Part shown: positions 27,029-38,800 of the stretch, in pieces | Layout of the letters: each line of letters starts with the position of its first letter | Numbering within the stretch: position 1 is the stretch's first letter | From: the human T2T-CHM13v2.0 reference genome, Homo sapiens | Assembly (NCBI RefSeq): GCF_009914755.1 | Contig: NC_060929.1 | DNA length: 64,000 bases | Reading direction: 5' to 3' (one strand) | Made by a program: the position numbers and the translations under genes | The notes under the pieces: model-generated | The model's database searches: none | Seen by the model: only the letters and a program-made list of their open reading frames with translations | What the model was told of the DNA's origin: nothing

Positions 27029-27617
27029 TGTTACAAATGCTTGTTCCTCAGTGCCATAAAGAAATAGCACTTGAACATAAATTTAATTTCCTCAGCAAGG
27101 CCATTTTTACTTTCTGCAGAAAGGGTACACTCGCCAGCAGTTTTGCCACAAGAGTACACCGAACAAAGGAGACAGGGTCATTTATAACCTGATGCATCCA
27201 CTCTACTGCTGTGTCCGGTTTCCATTGGCTGGAATGGGACCTCACATTCTATATTTGTCCTGATTGGCTAGCAACTTAGAACATTTTAAAAGAGGCAAAG
27301 GCAGAGGAAAACAAAGGAAGGAGGAAGTAACTTGTGGAATGCTGAGAAAGGTAAAAACATGTTCAAATAAGGAAGAGGAACAGGCTATGACCTAATGCTT
27401 GCTTGGACCAGTATAAGCATGCCAGGGCAAATATTTAGGCTAAATTGTGGGGGCTAAGAACGTAAAGTACATTGATTTCTTTATTATGGCTAGCAGATAT
27501 TTAAGAATGTTAGCACAGGTCTTTGAATAAATTTTGCTTCTAAGAGAAGTTACTATTTATTCCTAATTAGATGGGGAGGAAAGCCTTTGAAGAGGAACCT
27601 CTACTTTACTTTTTACA
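27029..27617 (-). mobile_element. LTR10 (LTR10C-like) ERV1 solo LTR, full length
   Basis: Minus strand starts TGTAAAAAGTAAAGTAGAGGTTCCTCTTCAAAG and ends ..CAAGCATTTGTAACA; near 4-bp TSD ataa/ctaa. Confidence 0.88.
27181..27267 (-). promoter_or_regulatory. LTR10 core promoter: two CCAAT boxes and a TATA box, firing leftward
   Basis: ATTGG at 27263-27267 and 27224-27228; TTTATA (TATAAA on minus) at 27181-27186; activity not shown. Confidence 0.5.
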
Positions 27618-27642
27618 CTAAGGTCGTACAACTAGCAATGGC

Positions 27643-28017
27643 TTTTAGTCAGCAGAGCTGTTTGTTAATATCCTGGTTCTCCTTCCAGGCACTTGGTGAG
27701 GTTAAAGTTGAGGAGAGAGTCTTGGGATGTGCTTTGGACGATAAAACTCAAGCGGAAGCAATGTGTATTACTTCCAGGAAAAGACTATTATGAAATGTAT
27801 TATTTGCAATGTTTGCTTTCTCTTGCTACTGTACTCAGTGGTGCCGTAGATAGTGATGGCTCCTACAGCCCAGGTCTCTCAGTGTGACTTGGAGCACAGC
27901 CCCCAGCCACCTCATGATGGGCATGAAACATGATAGTGAAAAAACCCATTTTTGGTTTAAGCCAGTGCGATTTGGGATGATCACTGCAGCATAGCATAGA
28001 CCATCCTGACTGATACA
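27643..28017 (+). mobile_element. Old MLT1 (I/J-like) solo LTR
   Basis: 'aagcggaagcaatgtgtattacttccagg', 'tttaagccagtgcgatttggg', terminus 'catcctgactgataca'. Confidence 0.75.
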
Positions 28018-28355
28018 GTGGCTGAGTTAGAATTAAACCTCATATCTATCTGGTTCCAAAGCCCATGCTCTTATTCATGAATGTATGAGTGAATAAATGA
28101 ACTTTGTCCAAAGGACAAGACCAACAGTGCTAACTGAAGTAAAAGAAGGAGAGAGAGAAAAGATTAAAGACAACAAATCAATGCAATTGAGACAGCAGAG
28201 GTGAGGGGAACACATTTTCTGTCCAGGGTTCAAAGCATCTATGGAGGTGTCAAGAAAGGAGGTTGTTCCTGCCACAGCTCTCCAGAGCTGTGCTGCAGGG
28301 CTGTGAAGAGAGCTGGCTTCTGCTTCTCATCCCAAGAGATTTGGAAGAATCAGCT

Positions 28356-28815
28356 TGTGAACCCAGGAAATCTGAGACAGATTTCAGTTAATTTAGAAAG
28401 TTTATTTTGCCAAGGTTGACTATGCACCCATGACACAGCCTCAGGAAGTCCTGACGACATGTGCCCAAGACGGTCAGGGCACAGCTTAGTTTTATACATT
28501 TAGGGAGACATGAGACATCAATCAATATATGTAAGAAGTACACTGGTTCGGTCTGGAAAGGCTGGACAACTTGAAGCAAAGGCAGGAAGGCTGGAGGTGG
28601 GGAGGGAGCTTCCAGGTCACAGATGGGTGATACATAAACAGTTACATTCTTTTGAGTTTCTGATGAGACTTTCCAAAGGACACAAATCAGATAGCATCTA
28701 TCTCAGTGAGCAAAGGAGTGACTTTGAATAGAAAGGAAGGCAGGTTTGCCCTGAGCAGTTTCCAGCTTGAGTTTTCCTTAATGATTTTGGGGGCCCAAGG
28801 TATTTTCCTTTCACA
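28356..28815 (-). mobile_element. MER4A/MER4A1 ERV1 solo LTR
   Basis: TGTGAACCC..'agtttattttgccaaggttga', 'gacacagcctcaggaagtcctgacgacatgtgcccaag'..'tattttcctttcaca'; near TSD agct/aact. Confidence 0.9.
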
Positions 28816-30147
28816 AACTGAAAGCAGGCACTACAGGGCTTGCTGTGAGTACAGGTGTGGCACCTCCAGCCCTTCTCCATGATGCAGGAAGCTCAGCAGT
28901 CACCAGGGCAGAGCAGCCCCAGCCTGGACCACCCAAAGTCCCTCCCAGGGCAGGGGTGTTCCCTCCTGGCTCTGCTATCCTGGCTGTTGCTCACTGCCGG
29001 ATATTCCTTCCCTAAAATTAGGTGGAACAGGGTAGCTTGTCAGCACACCTGTCACTCAAACCGCTTCAACTCAAAGGTAACCAAGATTGCCTAATTAACC
29101 AGCTCAGATCCCTAATTTGACATCTCACGATGCCTGCCAACCATTGTGGATTCAAATTCAACTCATCTGCTTCTACTTTGAATTCTCCAATTTAAGTGAC
29201 ATTTCCAGATTCCAAACTTTAATTCTATGCAAATCAACACATGCTTATCTAGAGCCTATTATATGCACAGAGCTCTGGCCAGGAAATAAATAAAACATCT
29301 TCTCTGCCTCCAGGGACTCACAATCTAGTGAGGGAGAAAGATACAAGTAGAAGAAACCGCAACTCAAAGCAGCATTTGATAGGGGCTGTAATGGAGGGAC
29401 AAAAGCAACAAAGAAGCCAGGAGGGCAAGACTCAAACTCTCCAAGTTCCTCTAAGTGCCAGAATTAACTTCTCTGTTTTTGTTCTTACTATAATTTTTCA
29501 CATTGCCATTCTTATTGTTTTTGCCTTAATAATGAGTAGTCTTAGGAACATATTTAAACTTTTGTGATGACCCTGGCAATCACTGAAATGATAATTACAG
29601 TGCACGCTGTGATACAGCAACAACAGAGGCCCCCACCATAGCAAAGGTTGGGGGCCTGCACGGGGGCTCCAGGTCACTACGTTGTGAGAGGACTGACAAC
29701 CCTTCCTCCACCAGCGAAGGGCTCCTCACACTGCTGTCTGTGAATCACTGTTTTTATCCTGCCAACTTAAATCATTCCCAATGATCTGGGTGCTGAAGGC
29801 TGTTCTGCCTTTCCACCGAGTAAAATGCATCAGCTGTATGACAACAATTTCCCCCTCTGCGAGATATTTGTTCCCACCTACTACAAAGCTTTTGGCTATC
29901 TTCTTAATGGTGGAGGTCACTGCAGTTCTGGCCTTTAGATAAATGGGGATTGTAGGATCATTTCTAATACTACCAGTAACCATGAGGATATACCCTTCAC
30001 ACAAAGTAACCAAAAGAGAAAAAGGATCTTCATGTACTATAATAAATAGGAAAAGCTAACTTTATTAATTTAGATCCCATTAAGATGAAAAGAAACCTTG
30101 AGAAATCCCGTAGAGAACGAGACAGGCATACCAAGGAGACTTCCATA

Positions 30148-30190
30148 TGTGTGTGTGTATGTGTGTGTGTCTGTGTGTGTGTGTGTGTGT
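30148..30190. repeat. Interrupted (TG)n microsatellite
   Basis: Read directly. Confidence 0.95.
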
Positions 30191-30429
30191 TAATAAAAAC
30201 CGAACCGATGCATGAGAGCGACCTTTTTTGGTTCTGCTCCCTGGGGATCATAGTGTATGTCAGAATACCATGCCTGGCACACAGTGGTGCACAATAAATT
30301 CAAATTGAATACATCAGTGCAATCACATGAGTTGTGTGGGTAATGAAAGGGGAACGTGCTCATAGGCGTTAGGGTAGGAAATTGAATGTTCTTCTTCACA
30401 TAAGCTGGTAGATTTCTCATGATAATCAC

Positions 30430-30820
30430 ATATTCATTAATTTAGCCAAGAAACCTATTCAATGCACTTGTATTGAGTTCATCCTATGTTTCAGGCGCTA
30501 ATTTAGGTACTAGGCTCATTGCAGTGAATAAGTGCTCGTGGAGATTGCATTCTAGTGGTGACACACAATGAAGAATCAAACAAACAAACTTAAAAATCAG
30601 GTCGTGATTTGTTCTCTAAGAAAATAATCTATAAAACTGTGACCTGATGGTGTTGGGGCAGGGGGGTCCACGGGGGCTCATGAAGGCCTCTCCGAGAAAA
30701 TGGCATTTAAGTAGAGACCTGAGTGATAAGAAGGCTCTTTCCATTCATGCGACAGGAAAAGCACCAGGGCAGAAGAAACAGCTAGCACAAAGGAGCTCGT
30801 GTGAGAAAGAGCTGGGCATG
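30430..30820 (-). mobile_element. L2 3' fragment
   Basis: 'gtattgagttcatcctatgtttcaggc..gcagtgaataag..gcattctagtgg', 'catttaagtagagacctgagtga'. Confidence 0.65.
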
Positions 30821-33194
30821 GAAATGGGAACACAGAGTAACTGGAAAAGTGGGAAGTGTGTTTTTAAATTGACATTTTAAAAAAGAGATTTGTTGCCAAT
30901 ATCTCCAAATCGCAATTTGAAGGAGTCAGCAGAAGCCAAAGATTTTTAAACCAGCCATTCTTTGCTACCGATGGCCTAGTGTGGTGGCCAGAAGGCTGTG
31001 GGTCTGCACGGCTGGGCCTCTTGTTCCCGTGGCCGTCAGGCAAGCCACTCCCCACTCTGCCCCAACACCAGTGCCCACAGGGGTGTTTATGAGGATCCAA
31101 TGAGAGAATCCGCTGTGTCAACGTTAGTGCCGGTGCCAATGCCTAGCGTGGTGCAGTCCCTGGCAGCAGGCAGGACAGTGCCTGAGTACCTGCTGGACTG
31201 GGTCACATGAGGGCTTTCTGCCAAACCAGGCCCCAGGACTTGAGATTTAACCCTTCCTGGCTAGCTTGTAAAATATGTCCTTGTGACCACCCTAAATTGA
31301 CTGGGATTCACAGTACACAAAAAATGGGGGTTAAAGTGGGAAGAGCCTACTAATTTCACCCGGGCAGATCTCAGAGAACCTCTCAGGGGATTGCAGAAGG
31401 GCAGGAAGGAGTCACCATCACTCCTGAGGCTAGCCAGGGGAAGCCTTGGTCTCCGGGCCTGGCAACAATGCAGAGTCAGCCTAGGAGAGTCTGACAGGCC
31501 CTGGGACCAATGGGAATGCTCCAGGGCCCCGCCCTTTGTGACTCTGCCACCTAGACACAGGCCCTCCCCACCCTAGACTCCATGACCAGGTGCCAGGGGG
31601 CTGGGAGACCCTCAGACGTATGAATGAATTAGAATGTTTACTTTCTGCTGGAGTAGAGGATTTAAGAGGCGTCGTTAGAGACCACAGCAAAACACAATAT
31701 GGGGTGGGAGGATTACTTTCTGCACATTATATTTGTTTTCTAAGAAATATCTTATCTTAAGAATTTTTAAAAAGAAGTTTCCAACACTGAAATTAGTATG
31801 GAAAAATAAACGAGGTCTACACATTTCTTCTATCTTATAACCCTATGGACTAACACTGCCTCTGGGATTTTTCTGGTTACTTTTCAATCCCTTTCAGATA
31901 GACGGAGAAAACTCATAACAATACCTTTTGTTAAGAACACTTTAAATTCCAAGTGTTCTTCATTCTCTTAAAGTGATCCTGTTTCTAATAGGGCTTTTTA
32001 CTAATTAGTTTCTTCTTTCAAAATTTCAGTTCTCCAAAAATCCTTTGAAATGTAGCTGTTCTCCTTGCATTTTTCTTTTTCTTAGAATAGCCTTCTTCTC
32101 AGCCTTAGAAAGAGTTTGATAATAACCAATTTGGAGCTTAAAAGCAAAAAACATTAGTGCTAACATTGCCAATTTTCTATTACATGACGATGTAAGAACA
32201 CCATGAGGTTTTGCTTTTCACTAAATCTACAGGCTCAGATATTTAAAAGATAGATTGCTCTTTTGGCCTTCTTAGAATAAAACTGAGTCAATTTTGTGTC
32301 AGCCTGAAAATTAAATTGTGAATATTGTTATAATGGAAATTTCTTATATTTGCAGACCAGTCCCTTCATCAGAAACTGGGAAAAAATGTATATTTCTTTA
32401 CTTCTCTTGTCTAATTCTGTATTCTGTTGAGTCTTTTGATGTTAATAGTTTAAATTACTCTGAGTACTTTTCCACCACGAGGGTTTTAATCCTGCTTTCA
32501 AACATCTATAGATATAATGATGTGCTTCCCCAAATGCCATAAGAAATTTTATGAACTCTTTTAAGAACCCTTCCCCGGAGAAGATGCATGTAATAGACGA
32601 AAATGTCATGTTTCATTAGTACATTCGTGCTCACACAAATTTAGTCTTTGGAAAAGATAGTGCTTGTAAAACTGAAACCAAAATTGACAAATTGTGCCTC
32701 TGCCTCTGTTTAAAGGCTGAAATCCTCAAATACAGGATCGTTCACACACACGTCAACCTGAATCCATAAAACATTTACTTTCCCCTGGAATGAAAATTCT
32801 TCTGCTAAGACTCTTTTCCTGAGAGGCAAATCTAGAGGGCCCGAGTCCTGGGCCCTGGAGGTCATTTAGCTGGATTCCATGGGATCTGGGCAGCTTTATC
32901 CATGGTTTAGCCCCTGCATGGATGTGGATATGGAATTGGGAATGCCTTATACTCTCATTGTCCATGCAACAGCACATTAAGGACTTCTGAGGTCTCTACT
33001 GCACTTTGCCTCCAGCTATGAAACCAGAAATGCTTTGTGCAGAAAGACCATTAAGTTAAGAAGCAAAGTCGATTCCATCCACAGGAGATACTAACGGAAG
33101 GATAGTAAAAATGTATCCTGCAAGTGAATAGACTTAATTTCTGATCCTAAGAAAATAGTCTCTCCAAGCTTTAAGCAGCCTAGAAAGAAAATAC

Positions 33195-33350
33195 GACATG
33201 AAGAGTCTAGCAGAGCATTCAGATCTGTAACTTTGGACTCAGTAGATAATTTAAATCTGGAATCTGCCGTTAATAACTCAGGGACTTTCGTCAAGTTGCT
33301 TAACATCTCTGAGTCTTAATGTCCTCAAGCAAAGGATTAAATAAGATGCT
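33195..33350 (+). mobile_element. MIR fragment
   Basis: 'caagttgcttaacatctctgagtctt', 'ggattaaataagatg'. Confidence 0.6.
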
Positions 33351-33476
33351 GTGTTTATTCATTTATTTATGGACAAATAACTACCAAAAATACTACAAGG
33401 GCCAGGAATTATTCTAGGTGCTGAGAAGAATGCAATAAACAAGCCAATAAGGTTCCCACTCTCATGGAGCTCACAT

Positions 33477-33700
33477 TTTTTAAATCATTTTTTAATTGAC
33501 AAAATTGCATATATTTATCAAGTGCAACATGATGTTTTGAAATACACGTATGTTGTGGAATGGCTAAATTGGGCTAATTAACATATGCATTATACCTCAC
33601 AGAATTATCATTTTTGTTCTGAGAACACTTAAAATCTACTCTCTTAGCATTTTTCAAGAATATAATATATTGTTATCAACTACAGTCACCATGTTGTGTG
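33477..33700 (-). mobile_element. L1MA (L1MA7/8-like) 3' end, ~220 bp, with TSD
   Basis: 'catgatgttttgaaatacacgtatgttgtggaatggctaaatt', 'acttaaaatctactctcttagc'; TSD tggagctcacat (33465-33476) / tggagcccacat (33701-33712). Confidence 0.85.
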
Positions 33701-34122
33701 TGGAGCCCACATCTTAATGCAAGGAGACAGATAATAAACCAATACATGTAGATGATGTTGGGTGGTGATAAGTACTAGGCAGAAACATTTTAAGAGCACT
33801 GTTCTTGCTGTGGTTGAGAACAAACTCTAGGGAGACAGAAAGAGAGACCAGTTAGAGGGCTGTTGTAATAAATAATTCAAGCAAAAGGTAATGACAGCTC
33901 GGACTTGGGGAGTGGCAGTAAAACAGTGAAAGCTAGGCAGATTCTGGAATTACTTTGATGGTGAAGATGATGGAATTTGCTGACAGCTTGGAGGTGGAGT
34001 ATAATAAAAGCAAGCCAACAAGGGTAATCCCAAGATTTTAGATCCAAGGAGCCATTGGATCAATGTTGGTAGCATTAACCTAGATGGGGAAGCCTGGGAG
34101 AGGGGCAGGTCTGTGTTTGAGC

Positions 34123-34142
34123 GTGTGTGTGTGTGTGTGTGT
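34123..34142. repeat. (GT)n microsatellite
   Basis: Read directly. Confidence 0.9.
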
Positions 34143-34477
34143 AGGAGGAAATCAAGAGTCCAGTTTTGGACATGCTCATTTTGAGATGCCACTGAGGCAT
34201 ACAAGTGGAGCTGTTGAATATGGAAGTGAATGTATGAGTTTGGACTTCAGGGAGAGAAGTCGGGGATGGAGTTACAAATATGAGAATCATTGCCGTCTAG
34301 CTGGTATTTAAACCCCTGAGACTAGATAAGATTACCTAGGGAAGGGAGTGCAGATCTAGGAGAAAACAGAGCCCAGGATTAAGGCCTGGAGAAGTCAGTA
34401 TTTTGAGGCTGGGAAGAAGAGCAGGAGCCAGCAAAGGAGGCTGAGAGAAGTGGGAGGGTGGGCGTGGCAGGATACGG

Positions 34478-34600
34478 ACAGAGAATCCTTCTGCATCATC
34501 ACGTTGTTCCACACCACATTGCTGTCGATCAGGGATCTCATTTCACAGCAAAAGAGGTATAAAAATCTGCTCAGCAACATAGCAAGGCTATATCACTGGA
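34478..34600 (+). mobile_element. ERVL internal (pol/integrase) relic
   Basis: Frame from 34491 reads LHHHVVPHHIAVDQGSHFTAKEV*, resembling ERV-L integrase 'HGIPHSIASDQGTHFTAKEV'. Confidence 0.7.
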
Positions 34601-34995
34601 TCATGAGCAGGGAAGACACAGACAGAACCTGGAGGAATCTGTGTGCAGGCTTCCCTATGCCCTCTCCCTCTCAGGAGAGGACACACAGAGCTCACTCTTC
34701 CCTCAGCAACATGCATGCAACATTTCTGCCCAGGGAAGCTCATTAGAGCCCAAGGTTTTAATCATAGGCTGGTCACACAAGCACCCTCTGCCTAGCATGT
34801 ACCCAAATTCCAGACTCCCAGGAGGAAAGCAGATGTTCAGCATAAACCACATTCTCGGTACAGTTTAGGCACAGTGAGCCACCCTTATCATTTAGGGACC
34901 AGCCAAGTTCCCAGACACTGGCCAAGCACAGCCTTGAAAGAAACCTTTCTGTGGGTAGCAGTCTCAAGCCTGCCATGCTAACTCCTTTTTGCACA
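34600..34995 (-). mobile_element. MER77/MER21-group LTR (5' part)
   Basis: Minus strand begins TGTGCAAAAAGGAGTTAGCATGGCAGGCTTGAGACTGCTA; 'ccaaattccagactcccaggaggaaagcagatgttcagcataaaccac'. Confidence 0.8.
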
Positions 34996-35726
34996 GTGGG
35001 GATCGTGCTCCCTCAAGCAACTGAGGACTCAGTGCTGGTCTTGGACCATTTCCTAGGAACCTGGGTACCCAAACTCCTGAAAGGCCTCAGAAGGTGTGCC
35101 CATCACTTCGGGGAAGCCAAGAAGGGACCTTCTTGGCATGGACTCAGAGAGCTGGAAAGTAGTTGGATTCATTCTAGGCCTCACCTGGGAATTCCTGAAA
35201 GTAAACTCTGACAGTGCCTGCAAACAGGCCACAGCCAGTCATCTATTTGCAGAACAGGCTGTCTGCTCATGTCCTGAGCATGTGGGAGCTTCCCTTCTCC
35301 ATAGGAGGTCTCTGCACATGGCCTCCTGCTTGTTCCTTAGTCTTCTGACCTCATCCTATCCCAGGCCTACCCAGATCTCAGGCTGCATTTTCCTGGACTA
35401 TGGCAATAGCCCCTTATCTCTACCCCTGGCACTATACCTCCCTTTCCCTCCAACCAGGTAGCTTCCTGTCACTACTCTCCCAAGAAGTCCACCCCATACT
35501 ACCCACAAACAGATAGGATGCACATGTGGCCATGGATAAGACTGTACTAGAACTCAGAAAAGTCAAGATGGTGAGAGGAGCTAGGATGTCAGAGCGATGG
35601 GCAGGTGTCTTCTTTTATTTTGTTTCTGTAAATCATAAAACCTGATCATGTCAAACAACCTCTGCTGGCTCCCCAAAGTCTACATACTAAAGCCCACATT
35701 GCATTCCACAGCATGGCATGGTCTTC

Positions 35727-35860
35727 CATGCCTTCTCACTCACTCATTAATTCATACTTTCATTCATTTGCTTGTATGTTCATTCATTTATTCAACACTA
35801 CTGAGACCTACTATGAGGCCCTGTGCTGAATTCTGGAAATACACAAACAGCACACCATCC
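35727..35860 (-). mobile_element. L2 3' terminal fragment
   Basis: (TCAT)-like tail then 'tactgagacctactatgaggccctgtgctg'. Confidence 0.6.
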
Positions 35861-38800
35861 TCCGCACTCTATAGCATGCGGCTAAGAGAGGGGGCACACC
35901 TATGATCCAAGGATTTCCACCAGACGTGTAGCACCTGAGCCAGCTCCAAACACAGGATCCTTTCCAAGGTGGTGGGCCCTGCCCTTCCAGCCCACTCTCA
36001 TACCCCCTCCTTCTGTGGGATCCACATGACCGAAAGTAAGCACTCCCTCTCCAGGGTTCCACAATACAAGGCCTCCACTTCTTAGAGGATTACTGAATTT
36101 TACCCTCTGATCTCCTCTTCTTGATGATCTCATAGAGGACAAGAAACAGCCCATGTTCATTATTGCAGAAGAACTTGCCTCCCAATGTGTCCTCAATACA
36201 CACCTGCCAAATGAAAACTCCTTGTCAGCCCCATGAGACAAGGCTCTTCCTTATAGGCACCCTGTCCCCACCTTTTGGCAGAGGGGAGGGGTAGACACAA
36301 AAGCCCTGCAGTTATCTGGTTACAGCAGAATGAATACTGACTGACCTCACAACAGCTGCCATCTGCAAGGACTTAGAGCATTGGGGATTCCATGTTAATG
36401 ACTTCACGTGTGTTCATTCTTGTTACAGGTGAGGAAATTGGAGCTCAGAGAGGGGAATGCCTTGCTCTAGGTGATGCAGCTCATCATGGGCACAGTCAGA
36501 ACTGAACCCAGACCTGTGGGATTCTGGGGCCAGAGTCCTTCTCCATCATGTGCAGTGGCCTCTCTACTCAGGCCTGGATGTCTGAAGGCTGGACAGAGCA
36601 GAGGCAGCCAGGGCAGCTGAGGTGTGCATGGCACAGGGCTTGTTCTAACGAGTGTGCAGTGAGCAGTGCAGCACCAATCTCCTGGAGGCGGACAGGCAGG
36701 CAGGTGGGCAGGCAAAAGCCCCAGGCTTGGCCTCCTGCTTCGTTTCCAGATCCTCAGTTGTCCAGGGAGGGCAGATCCCGGGCAGTCCTTGGCAAGCGGT
36801 CATTCACTCCCTTCTTTCTCTGAGCTCCCCCTAAATAATGTGAGGCCTGGGCCAGAAGCGGTGAGTGAGGCAGGGCAGACCTCTGCCACACGGGCATATG
36901 CGCTCCTGCCTCAGGGGGATTGGAGGGGACTGCAACAGCCCTTCTTCACTCCAACAGAACTGAATCAGATGTTTCCCATCTGGAGCTACCAGACGGACTT
37001 GGCTGCGGCCCCCATGGAGTCTGTGATCCAGTCCTAGATACATTAATATATTCTAAAGCCAAAATGTAAGAGTGATTTACTCATTGAAAAATCAAAGGGG
37101 AGAATGTCTGATCATCCTCTCACTGAGGAAAAAGAAAAAAAAAACTTGACAATTGTCATTGATAATGTGATGTACTTGACTTGCATGTTTCTGGGGCTCA
37201 TTATTACAAAATGTGATTTTAGAAATGCTGCTAATCAGGAGGAATTGGACCCCCCATGAGAGAAGCAAGGCTGGGAACATTCCAGCTGGTGGAAGCTCTG
37301 TGTGATGGGAAAGTAGAAATGACCCATCATCAGAGCAGGGTGGGCCTGGTCTCTGAAGGACCCAGCATTCCAGACTCGTCCTTGGGTCCCTCTTGTATAG
37401 AAGAGACTGCTGAGAGCCACCCTTTGGCCCCAGCCTACCCTAAAATCCACCTCTAAATGAGACCCGGAGGATGCAACCACCAAGCCACACTCAGGAAATG
37501 AGCTCCTGGCATGGAGAAAGTGGGCTGTTGCTGGTGGTTCCACAGTGGTTTCGTTCCATTGCAGAGATTCCCCAGGCCTGCTTGCAGAGGGTAGGCTGGG
37601 CAAGTGAGGCTCTCAGTGCTTTGTGATACAGTAAGAGGAACCCCAGTGTGGCACCCACCCTCTTGGCCCAACTGACATCCTCTGCACAAGGATAGCCCCA
37701 CCCACAGTCTCTGTCTGGAAGGGAGGAAATGCAGCAGCTCAGACCCTATTCAAACATGACATCCATCAGAGTGGAACTAAGGGGCTCTCTGAAGCAGAGA
37801 AAACTTGCCAGGGGCAGAAGTGTGAGTTCAGCCTCCCAGGTAATGTCAGAAGCACTTCCTTACTCTCATTCCCAATCCCCCTAGTCTGTCCCAGATCATA
37901 GCACCCATCTCACTGCATTGTTATTTTCTCCTGTTTTACTCCTCGAACGCAGGGACTGCCTTGAATTCATGCTACCTAGAATAGCATAAAGCCCCCATGT
38001 GTAACCCAGTGGGTATGGAAAGGACTTACTTGCTAAACTCCAATGCTGGCAATATGCACAGCTATCTACTACAGGAAAAGTCTTTAAGGAAATGATGCCG
38101 CCCCTTTCCAGGCACCTGGATGATGACACATAGCAAGGGGCTGCCCTGGAGACAGAGCTTCTGAGAACAACCCAATTTGTGCACCATTTGTCACTGCAGC
38201 CATGTGACTGGGAGTCCTGAATGGCTATGGCCACAGAGCAGCCTGAAATGCTCACACATTCCACCCAGCTGAAAGGAAAGGAGGGCTGGTGGGTGGGGTG
38301 GCCTCCTGCAGAAAGAGGATGCGGGGTACAAACTCCTACAGCAGTCTTGATGTTCAGGTTGAGAGGCTGCGTCATAGCCTCCCTTCCTTAGGATCCATGT
38401 GTTGATGCTGAGGCCTGTGTTGGGGCAGTGACCCCAGAGAAAACTACCAAGTTCTCCATTGTAGCAGAGTAAGGCTTGTGTACAGTTACCCCGCAAGATT
38501 TGCTTTGGACACCACTGAGCCATCTTGGTGGGAAACCCAAGTGACTAATATCAAGATATCTTTGGAAGAAATATTTATTTAGCCTTTGGGATGTGGTTGA
38601 AGCCTTTGCACATCACAGAGAAGCAGAAAAAGAGATTTGACATGGTCCATATTTTCCCGAGTATTTTCTAGGTGTGTCTGCCAAGGGGTGTTGAAGCACA
38701 AGGTGCAGATCGGCAAGGTTTGCATATTTTGAGACCAGCTACAGGCAGAGGGAAACCCTAATGAGAAAAGATGAATATTATGTTTGGTATGCAGGGAGGG

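Larger units (their letters stand above)
26921..28072 (-). mobile_element. Single MIR broken into three pieces (26921-27028, 27618-27642, 28018-28072) by two LTR insertions
   Basis: 'aatcttcacaacaacc..ttattatccttattttgtagg' | 'ctaaggtcgtacaactagcaatggc' | 'gtggctgagttagaattaaacc..ccaaagcccatgctctt' read collinearly as MIR. Confidence 0.7.
33355..34450 (-). mobile_element. L2 fragment containing an L1MA insertion and a (TG)n run
   Basis: 'attctaggtgctgagaagaatgcaataaac', 'cagttttggacatgctcattttgagatgcc', 'ttgaatatggaagt'. Confidence 0.8.
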
